From Mobula hypostoma (Eukaryota): DNA of 64,000 nucleotides. Positions 39,526-49,745 of this stretch are shown in pieces. Numbering within the stretch: position 1 is the stretch's first letter; each line of letters begins with the position of its first letter. The stretch lies in contig NC_086097.1 of NCBI RefSeq assembly GCF_963921235.1, positions 143,470,001-143,534,000 of the forward strand, read 5' to 3'. The notes below the pieces were generated by a model, which worked only from the letters and a program-made list of their open reading frames with translations, was not told where the DNA came from and did no database searches. The position numbers were made by a program, and so were the translations under genes.

Positions 39526-40824
39526 TTTCACCTACAGTTGGAAATCCAATCTTTTAAGAACCTCTTTGAGAAAACAGAACTGGTATAGTTAGTATAGCAT
39601 TGATTTCGAGAGGAGTAGACTATAAGAGCAAGAATGTAATATAGAGGTTTTATAAGGTATTGGTGGGACTGCACTTGAAGTACTCTGAGCAGTTTTGGGC
39701 CCCTTATCTAAGAAAAGATATGCTGGTATTGGAGAAGGTCCAGTGGAGGTTTATGAAAATAATTCAGGGAATGAAAGGGTTAAGGTATGAGGAGTGTTTG
39801 ATGACTCTGGGCCTGTATTTTCTGGAGTTTAGAAGAATGAGGAGGGATCTCATTGAAATCTATCAAATATTGAAAGGCCTAGATAGAGCGGATGATGGAC
39901 AGGATGTTTCTGATCGTGGGGGAGTCTAGGTCCAGAGAACACAACCTCAGAATAGAGGAACATTTCTTTCAAGCAGAGATGAGTAGCAATTTCTTTAGCC
40001 AAAGGGTAGAGAAACTGAGCCATGGACGGCTGTGGAGGCAACGTCTTTGGATATATTTAAAGTGGAGGTTGATAGTTTCTTGATTAGTCAGGGCATCAAT
40101 GCTTATGGAGAGAAGCAGGAGAGTGGGATTGAGAGGGATAATAAATCAGCCATTATGGAATGGTGCAGCAAATTCAAAGGGCTGAACAGTCTAACTCTGC
40201 TTCGGCATCTTTTGCTCTTACGTTCTATGTTCTATGTAAGTATCAAGCTCTGAGTGATTTTTTTTTAAAGCATCGTTCATACACAGTGGTATCAGGAAAT
40301 AAGCAGCCTGTTACAAATCTGACAGAAATATTTTCAATTTTAACATCACATTTTCTGAAAATATATAATCCCTCAGAGGGCACATGTCATAATTCTGGGA
40401 ACACAAGTAAACCAAAGTAGAGTTAATTGTAAGATAATAATTCACATTAATTTTCTCATACTACTGGGCTCCTTTTCATCTTCTGTTTTTGGGTTTCTAT
40501 TCTGGTATGTAGTCCATATATCTGATGTGATTATTGGAAGAGGTGAACATTTCTCTCCTTTCTCTTGCAATATTACTCGAATGATCATCATATGCTTTCA
40601 GATCCATCGAATTCTAAAATATTACAAAAAAAATGGAACTAATCGGAACCACTATTAGATACCATTAAAACTTATCTGACAGGACTCTGGAAAGTTGAAC
40701 TGTTGAATATAAATGAAACACAAGCAATTAATGGTTGGTTCAAAAGAAAGCAATGTTCAAGAAAACACACATCAAAGTTGCTGGTGAACGCAGCAGGCCA
40801 GGCAGCATCTCTAGGAAGAGGTAC

Positions 40825-40860
40825 AGTCGACGTTTCGGGCCGAGACCCTTCATCAGGACT
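40825..40860 (-). ncRNA. Minimal type I hammerhead ribozyme motif (Penelope-associated)
   Basis: AGUC-CUGAUGA-A-GGGU(CUCG)GCCC-GAAAC-GUC-GACU: intact core, stem I AGUC/GACU, stem II, and palindromic ACGU in place of stem III. Confidence 0.7.
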
Positions 40861-41226
40861 AACTTATATTCCGTCTGGGTAGCCTCCAACCTGATGGCAT
40901 GAACATTGACTTCTCTAGCTTCCGCTAATGCCCCACCTCCCCCTCGTACCCCATCCGTTATTTATTTTTATACACACATTCTTTCTCTCACTCTCCTTTT
41001 TCTCCCTCTGTCCCTCTGACTATACCCCTTGCCCATCCTCTGGTTCCCCCCCCACCCATCTTTCTCCCTGGGCCTCCTGTCCCATGATCCTCTCATATCC
41101 CCTTTCCCAATCACCCGTCCAGCTCTTGGCTCCATCCCTCCCCCTCCTGTCTTCTCCTATCATTTTGGATCTCCTCCTCCCCTGCCCCCCCAATTTTCAA
41201 ATCTCTTTCTAACTCTTCCTTCAGTT

Positions 41227-41262
41227 AGTCCTGACGACGGGTCTCGGCCTGAAACGTCGACT
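41227..41262 (+). ncRNA. Minimal type I hammerhead ribozyme motif (Penelope-associated)
   Basis: AGUC-CUGACGA-C-GGGUCUCGGCCU-GAAAC-GUC-GACU. Confidence 0.6.
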
Positions 41263-41527
41263 GTACCTCTTCCTAGAGATGCTGTCTGGCCTGCTGCGTT
41301 CATCAGCAACTTTGATGTGTGTTGCTTGAATTTCCAGCATCTGCAGAATTCCTGTTGTTTACGTTCAAGAAAACACAAGTTGTTTTCTTTTTGCTAAAAT
41401 TTTTCACTGGAATGATAACACCCTTTAGTTATTTATGCTTTCTTTCTTAGTGTAGTTAATGAAAGAACTCATGCAGTATCAAGAAAAGATTAATCCAGGA
41501 ATTTTGACCATGATGAATTCCAATTAA

Positions 41528-43269
41528 AAGTGTGTATGGAACGAGAGGAGATAGCAGAGGAACTTAATGAGTACTTTGCTTCAGTATTCACTACGGAAAA
41601 GGATCTTGGCGATTGTAGGGATGACTTACAGTGGACTGAAAAGCTTGAGCATGTGGATATTAAGAAAGAGGATGTACTGGAGCTTTTGGAAAGCATCAAG
41701 TTGGATGAGTCACCGGAACCGGACGAGATGTACCCTAGGCTACTGTGGGAGGCGAGGGAGGAGATTGCTGAGCCTCTGCCAATGATCTTTGCATCATCAA
41801 TAGGGATGGGAGAGGTTCCGGAGGATTGGAGGGTTGAGGATGTTGTTCCATTATTCAAGAAAGGGAGTAGAGATAGCCCAGGAAATTATAGACCAGTGAG
41901 TCTTACTTCAGTGGTTGGTAAGTTGATGGAGAAGATCCTGAGAGGCAGGATTCATGAACATTTAGAGAGGCATTATATGAATAGGAATAGTCAGCATGGC
42001 TTTGTCAAAGGCAGGTTGTGCCTAATGAACCTGATTGGACTTTTTGAGGATGTGACTAAACACATTGATGAAGGTAGAGCAGTAAATGCAGTGTATATGG
42101 ATTTCGGCAAGACATTTACAAAGTACCCCATGCAAGGCTAATTGAGAAATTAAGGAAGCATGGGATCCAAGGGAACATTGCTTTGTGGATACAGAACTGG
42201 CTTGCCCACAGAAGACAAAGAGTGGTTGTAGGCGGTCATATTCTGCATGGAGGTCAGTGACCCGTGGTGTGCCTCAGGGATCTGCTCTGGGGCCCCTACT
42301 CTTTGTGATTTTTATAAATGACCTGGATGAAGAAGTGAAGGGGTGGATTAGTAAATTTGCTAATGACACAAAGGTTGGAGGTGTTGTGGATAGTGTGGAG
42401 GGCTATCAGAGGTTATAGCGGGACATTGATAGGATGCAAAACTGGACTGAGAAGTGTTAGATGGAGTTCAACCCAGATAAGTGTGAAGTGGTTCATTTTG
42501 GTAGGTCAATTGTGATGACAGAATATAGAATTAATGGTAAGACTCTTCGCAGTGTGGAGGATCAGAGGGATCTTCGGGTCCGAGTCCATAGGACACACAA
42601 AGCTGCTGTGCAGGTTGACTCTGTGGTTAAGAAAGCATATGGTGCATTGGCCTTCATCAATCATGGGATTGAATTTAGGAGCTGAGAGATAATGTTGTAG
42701 CTATATAGGATCATGGTCAGACCCCACTTGGAGTACTGTGCTCAGTTCTGGTTGCCTCACTATAGGAAGGATGTGGAAACCATAGAAAGGGTGCAGAGGA
42801 GATTTACAAGGATGTTGCCTGGATTGGGAAGCATGCCTTATGAGAATAGATTGAGTGAACTCGGCTTTGTTTCCTTGGAGCGATGGAGGATGAGAGGTGA
42901 CCTGATAGAGGTGTATAAGATGATGAGAGGCATTGATCGTGTGGATAGTCAGAGGCTTTTTCCCAGGGCTGAAATGGCTAGCATGAGAGGGAACAGTTTT
43001 GAGGTACTTGGAAGTAGGTACAGAGGAGATGTTGGGGTAAGTTTTTTTACGCAGAGAGTGGTGAGTGTGTGGAATGTGCTGTCGGTGATGGTAGTGGAGG
43101 CGAATACGATAGGGTCTTTTAAGAGACTCCTGGACATTTATATGGAGCTCAGAAAAATAGAGGGCTATGGTAACCCTAGGTAATTTCTCAGGTGAGGAAA
43201 TGTTTGGCACAGCTTTGTGGACCAAATGGCCTGCATTGTGCTGTAGGTTTTCTATGTTTCTATGCTTCT
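41528..43269 (+). mobile_element. 5'-truncated CR1 LINE (RT and 3' end)
   Basis: ORFs 41530-42141, 42461-42685 and 42713-43183; TTCTATGT tail; possible TSD AATTAA. Confidence 0.93.
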
Positions 43270-43369
43270 AATTAATAAAATATTATTTGCATATTCCTTA
43301 AGGTGAAATGGTCATACTCTCTCAGTTCACAAGCTCATTGATCCAGACCATGGCTTTTCTAATTTCACA

Positions 43370-43500
43370 AACATAAGAAAATCTGCAGATGCCAGAAATT
43401 CAAAGCAACACAAAATGCTGGAGGAACTCAGCAGACAAGGCAGCATCTATGGAAAAGAGCAAGCAGTTAAGTTTCAGACCGTGACCCTTCTTCCGGACCC
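43370..43500 (-). mobile_element. Penelope-like terminal repeat fragment (similar remnants at about 30030-30120, 44955-45100, 45535-45580, 51540-51635, 63720-63850)
   Basis: Conserved end motif atagatgctgc.tga..tgctgagttcctccagcattttgtgttgc..atctgcag. Confidence 0.75.
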
Positions 43501-43559
43501 TTCTAATTTCATGTTTCACTAGTTAAACCTTCATCTTATATTACTTTACTGTTGCTATG

Positions 43560-43830
43560 ACAACATCATGGCAGTTGCCTCACAACTCCAATAAACGAGA
43601 TTTAATTTTAAATTCCAGCACTCTCTGGGTGGAATTTACATGTTCTCACCACAACTGTGTGAGTTCTTTTCCTGGGTGAAACATCCCAAAGACAAGCTGG
43701 TTGGTAGGTTAATCTGCTGCTGGGAGAATCGGGAGGTGCACATGAGTATATGAGAGAAAATAGATTATGAAAACAAAGTGGGAACAGCATTGTTCTGAGA
43801 GTTGACATAGACTTGATGAGCTGAATGACA
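43560..43830 (+). mobile_element. Degenerate tRNA-derived V-SINE-like element
   Basis: gttgcctcacaactcc..gtggaatttacatgttctc..acatcccaaagac..ggtaggttaat resembles the V-domain; CR1-like 3' end. Confidence 0.55.
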
Positions 43831-45737
43831 TCCTTTAATGTTAATATTTGTGATTACAGCATTGTAAATTTTCACAAGATATCCTCTGACTTATAGTCCA
43901 GTACGCTGTCTATAAGGTATAGGAGCAGAATTAGATTATTTGGCCCATCAAGACTGCCCTATTGTTCAATCATGGCTGAATTTTTAATTTAAATCACCAA
44001 ATCAGCCTTCTCACCAAAACCACCTTGCCAACTGGAATCTAATACACCCATTTCTTGGCCTCTGCAGCCTTCCATGGCAATGAATTCCACAGATTCATCA
44101 CCCTCGGGCTGAAGAAATTCCTCCTCATCTCAGTTTTAAAGGGCTGAACCTTTACTCTGAGGCTGAGCCCTCAGGTTCTAGACTGTCCGACTCCACACTT
44201 TATTTGCTTTGTTGTCTGCAGTGCTAATACATGATTGGACTTGTTCAGAATCGAGTGGAACAGAGTATATATTTAAAAAAAAATCAGAACCCTGTGGAAT
44301 GAGTTTTGAAAGTCCTTACATAATATCCACTAAATAGCTCTCCCACGTGAAATTAATTAAAGACTCAAGGAATTCCATTAGATTTGTGACACATAACATA
44401 TTGCTTTTAAATTCATGCTGAGTTAACTCCTCTGCAATGTTTAGATAAACATTTGTATCTTGTACAAAATTCTCAAGCGTGTTCTGGGTAAATTTTCTGG
44501 GTAAATTAGTTACCTAATAAAGTCTGCCTCCTTTTTGGATATTTTAACAGCAGTTAATCAGTTTTAGTCTTTCCACTAAATATATTGAGAAGGAAACTGG
44601 GGGAAAGAAGAAAAGGAAAAAAAAAATAAAGAGATTAAAAAAAACTAGAGATGGAAAGAAAGAACTTTAATTTACCAGCCTCTGGTAGACTATTAATACA
44701 TGACATGTAATTACCGCTACAAGTAATTACACATTTTCTGATCAGCCATGATACAAACGTGCTCCTGATTGATCTTAAAGAAAGTTACTCACAGCAATTT
44801 AGTGGTCACCTTTGTTCTATGACAGGGAGTTATTTACTCACTTTAAGGAGTACCTAACAATAACTCTGGCATTCCGTATCAGTGATGATATAAATCAGGT
44901 TTGAAGTGCCAATCATATTGATGAATTTTCAGGCACAAATTGAGAAGTAAAAAACACAACACACACAAAATGCTGGAGGAAATCAGCAGGCCAGGCTACA
45001 TCTATGGAAAAAGTGTACATTTATGTACATAAGATTTTCTCTCAGCACTTTGTCTGTGTTGCTTGGATTTGCAGCATCTGCAGGTTTTCTCTTGCTTATG
45101 AGTGAAAAAACACAATCTTTTCCCACTTTTTAAACATTTTATGAAAAGCAAAATAAATATTATAACATGCACTTAACATTAAGATGGAACTTGACATAAC
45201 ACTAAATAATGAAAGCTGAAATATCTGAGGGGTTGACAATCCATGGACACAAGATCATTCTTTTAGGACCAGGAAAACAGTTCAGCAATGCATCTTCAAA
45301 GATCATTAAAAACTAATTCAAATCTCATGAAATAAGCGGCAAGGGTTTTTAATAACAATAAATAATTTGTAAACTGAAAGTTCTCATCAGGCCTCTGATT
45401 CATGAAGATTACAACAGATAAAATCTCAAATTGATGCTCCCTTCAGATGACAGCAGTTTCTGCATTTCCACGACTGTGTGAATGTGCAGTCTTCACTCAT
45501 TGCTAAGAGTCATCCAGCATTCTGTATGTGCCCATAGATGCTGCTTGACCTGCCCAGTTCCTCCAGCATTTTGTCTGAGTTATTAGCTACCAGGGTGCAA
45601 TCTAGACAAAAGCTGACCGTCCCTACAAGTACACCTGCAAAATCCAGTATATAGGGAAATGAAGTAACTAATTAGCTGATAGGAAGTTGCCATAAATAAC
45701 AATTCAGTAAAGAGTCACATTCTCTGCTTTTGATTAT

Positions 45738-48336
45738 AGAACATAGAATAGTACAGCACATTACAGGCCCTTCGGCCCACAATGTTGTGCCGACCCTCAA
45801 ACACTGCCTCCCATATAACCCTCCACCTTAAATTCCTCCATATACCTGTCTAGTCGTCTCTTAAACTTCACTAGTGTATCTGCCTCCACCACTGACTCAG
45901 GCAGTGCATTCCATGCACCAAACACTCTCTGAGTAAAAAACCTTCCTCTAATATCCCCCTTGAACTGTCCACCCCTTTTCTTAAAGCCATGTCCTCTTGT
46001 ATTGAGCAGTGGTGCCCTGGGGAAGAGGCGCTGGCTATCCACTCTATCTATTCCTCTTAATATCTTGTACACTTCTATCATGTCTCCTCTCATCCTCCTT
46101 CTCTCCAAAGAGTAAAACCCTAGCTCCCTTAATCTCTGATCATAATCCATATTCTCTAAACCAGGCAGCATCCTGGTAAATCTCCTCTGTACCCTTTCCA
46201 ATGCTTCCATATCCTTCCTATAGTAGGCGACCAGAACTGGACACAGTACTCCAAGGGTGGCCTAACCAGAGTTTTATAGAGATGCATCATTACATCGCGA
46301 CACTTAAACTCTGTCCCTCTATTTATGAAAGCTAACACCCCATAAGCTTTCTTAACTACCCTATCTACCTGTGAGGCATGTGAGGCAACTTTCAGTGATC
46401 TGTGGACATGTACCCCCAGATCCCGCTGCTCCTCCACACTACCAAGTATCCTGCCATTTACTTTGTTCTCTGCCTTCCAAAGTGTACCATCTCACACTTC
46501 TCTGGGTTGAACTCCATCTGCCACTTCTCAGCCCACTTCTGCATCCTATCAATGTCTCGCTGCAATCTTCAACAATCCTCTACACTATCTACAAAACCAC
46601 CAACCTTTGTGTCGTCTGCAAACTTGCCAAGCCACCCTTCTACCCCCTCATCTAGGTCGTTAATAAAAATCACGAAAAGTAGAGGTCCCAGAACAGATCC
46701 TTGTGGGACACCACTAGTCACAATCCTCCAATCTGAATGTACTCCCTCCACCACGACCCTCTGCCTTCTACAGGCAAGCCAATTCTGAATCCACCTGGCC
46801 AAACTTCCCTGGATCCCATGCCTTCTAACTTTCTGAATAAGCCTACTGTGTGGAACCTTGTCAAATGCCTTACTAAAATCCATATAGATCACATCCACTG
46901 CACTACCCTCATCTATATGCCTGGTCACCTCCTCAAAGAACTCTATCAGACTTGTTAGACACGATTTGCCCTTCACAAAGCCATGTTAACTGTCCTTGAT
47001 CAGACCATGATTCTCTAAATGCCTATAGATCTTATCTCTAAGAATCTTTTCCAACAGCTTTCCCACCACAGACGCAAGGCTCACTGGTCTATAATTACCT
47101 GGACTATCCCTACTACCTTTTTTGAACAAGGGGACAACATTTGCCTACCTCCAATCCTCTGGTACCATTCTCGTGGACAGCAAGGACATAAAGATCCTAG
47201 CCAGAGGCTCAGCAATCTCTTCCCTCATCTCGTGGAGCAGCCTGGGGAATATTCCTTCAGGCCCCGGGGACTTATCTGTCCTAATGTAATTTAACAACTC
47301 CAACACCTCCTTTCCCTTAATATCAACATGCTCCAGAACATCAACCTCACTCATATTGTCCTCACCTTCATCAAGTTCCCTCTCATTGGTGAATATCAAA
47401 GAAAAGTATTCCTTGAGGGCCTCACTCACTTCCACAGCCTCCAGGCACATCTTCCCACCTTTATCTCTAATTGGTCCTACCTTCACTCCTGTCATCCTTT
47501 TGTTCTTCACATAATTGAAGAATGCCTTGGGGTTTTCCTTTACCCTACTCGCCAAGGCCTTCTCATGCCCCCTTCTTGCTTTTCTCAGCCCTTTCTTAAG
47601 GTCCTTTCTTGCTTCCCTATATTCCTCAATAGACCCATCTGATCCTTGCTTCCTAAACCTCATGTACGCTGCCTTCTTCCATCTGACTAGATTTTCTACC
47701 TCACTTGTCACCCATGGTTCTTTCACCCTACCATTCTTCATCTTCTTCAGCAGGACAAATTTATCCCTAACATCGTGCAAGAGATCCCTAAACATCGACC
47801 ACATGTCCATAGTACATTTCCCTGCAAAAACATCATCCCAATTCACACTTGCAAGTTCTAGCCTTATAGCCTCATAATTTGCCCTTCCCCAGTTAAGAAT
47901 TTTCCTGTCCTCTCTGATTCTATCCTTTTCCATGATAATGCTAAATGCCAGGGAGTGGTGGTCACCGTCCCCCAGATGCTCACCCACTGAGAGATCTGTG
48001 CCCTGACCTGGTTTGTTAACTAATACTAGATCTAGTATGGCATTTCCCCCAGTCAGCCTGTCAACATACTGTGACAGGAATCCATATAACCATATAGCTA
48101 TATAACAATTACAGCACGGAAACAGGCCATCTTGGCCCTTCTATTCCGTACCAAACTCTTACTCTCACCTAGTCCCACCGACCTGCACTCAGCCCATAAC
48201 CCTCCATTCCTTTCCTGTCCATATAGCTATCCAATTTAACTTGGATAAAATTTAACTTAATCTGTCCTGGACACACTTAACAAACCCTGCCCCATCTAAA
48301 CCCTTGGAACTAATCAGGTGCCAATCAATATTAGGG
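45738..48336 (-). mobile_element. Young CR1 LINE, same subfamily as 32513-36352
   Basis: ORFs 47145-47987, 46569-46976, 46156-46437 and 45797-46210 are nearly identical to those of the 32.5-36.3 kb copy. Confidence 0.95.
48085..48241 (-). mobile_element. Short CR1 3' end nested in CR1
   Basis: Matches 60293-60445 (aacaattacagcacggaaacaggccatc..tccaatttaactt); TATGGTTA-type tail. Confidence 0.8.
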
Positions 48337-48659
48337 TGATTGACTGATTGTTAGAAGCTGGCTAAACCAATTTGGAGACTCCCACAACTGCAAAAAATCT
48401 TCAAGTGGTGACATGGGATCTTTACATTCAATCAACAGGGCAAATCAGTTTTACCTTTTTGTTCAAAGACAGCAATTCAGCATCCTCTGCACCTATCTTT
48501 TAAACAGCAAAAAGAGTATGGTTTCAAGTCCCACAGATGCGATAAGAAGTGAGATTTGGATCGTTGAGCCACACTTTTCAATAGTCAGTATAAGCTTGTA
48601 TAGGTACTATTTTAGGTAGTTTTAAAGTTAATGAGAAGAGGGCATGTCCTATTTGATGG

Positions 48660-49745
48660 GGTCCTTAATAATGGACACCCTTAACGATGGATGCCACCTT
48701 TTTGAGGCATCACCTTTTGAAGATACCTTGGATGATGGAGAGACTGGTGTCCATGATGAAGCTGGTTGATTTTACAACACTTTGCGGCTTTTTACGACCC
48801 AGTCTAGTTGTCCCTCTAAACTATACAGTGATACAACCAGTTAGAATGCTCTCCATGGTACATCTGTACAAATCTGCTGTGTCATTGGTGACATACCAAA
48901 TCTCCTCAAACTCCTATGAAGTATAGCCACTGTTGTGCCTTCTTCATGATTGCATCTATATATTGGGTCCAGGATAGATCTTCAGAGATGTCGACATGAG
49001 GAACTTGAAGCTGCTCACCCACTGCTGATCCCTTGAAGAGTACTGATGTGAGTTCCCTCAACTTCCCTTACGTGAAGTCCACAATCAGTTCCTTGGTCTT
49101 ACTTACAATGAGTACAAGTCATCGCGACACCACTCAACTAGCTGATCTATCTCACTCTTTTATGTCTTCTCCTCACCAGCTGTGATTCTGCCAACAAGTT
49201 GTGTCATTGGAGAATTTATAGATGGCACTTGCGCTGTGCTTAGCCACAGAGTCATGGGCATACAGAGAGTAGAACAGCAGGCTATGCACATATCCTTAAG
49301 GTGCACCAATGTTGGTTGTCAGGGAAGAGGAGATGTTATTTCTAATCCACACCAACTGCGGTCTCCGAATACAGAAGTCAAGGGTCCAATTGCAAATGGA
49401 AGCACAGTGGTCCAGTTTTTAAAGCTTGTTAATTAGTACTGAGGGAATGGTGGTGTTGCACTCTGAGCTGTAATCAATAAACTGCTCTCCCTTTCCACTG
49501 CTTGATGTAGGAATTGCTGTTGTTCATGTTGTCAAATGCTGAGTGAGATTACATCAACTATAGACATGTTGGTGGAGGTAGGTAAATTACAGCGGTCCAA
49601 GTCCTTGATTAGGCAGGAGTTAATTCTGGCCATGATTAACCTCTCAAAGCACTTCATCACAGTAGATGTGAGTGCAACTGGATGGTAGTCATTGAAGCAG
49701 TTCACTCTACTCTTCTTGGACATCGGCATGATTAATGCCCTTTTA
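48660..49745 (-). mobile_element. Degenerate Rex1/Babar LINE
   Basis: CFNDYHPVALTSTVMKCFERLIMARIN; FIDYSSE.NT; SSFKFL. Confidence 0.8.

Larger units (their letters stand above)
30870..40235 (+). mobile_element. Old CR1 LINE (host of the nest), split at about 31278/36985
   Basis: ORF1 esterase ..ataggtaggaaaagggat (31278) resumes gaagtcctgaagagagaatatagg (~36985); EN/RT fragments at 37380-39170 and 3' end at 39595-40235. Confidence 0.78.
40770..41362 (+). mobile_element. Penelope-like element terminus with inverted 5' terminal-repeat segment
   Basis: 40765-40864 is the reverse complement of about 41223-41322; 15-bp flanking direct repeat GTTCAAGAAAACACA (40755-40769, 41363-41377); IFRLGSLQPDGMNIDF remnant. 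Confidence 0.9.
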
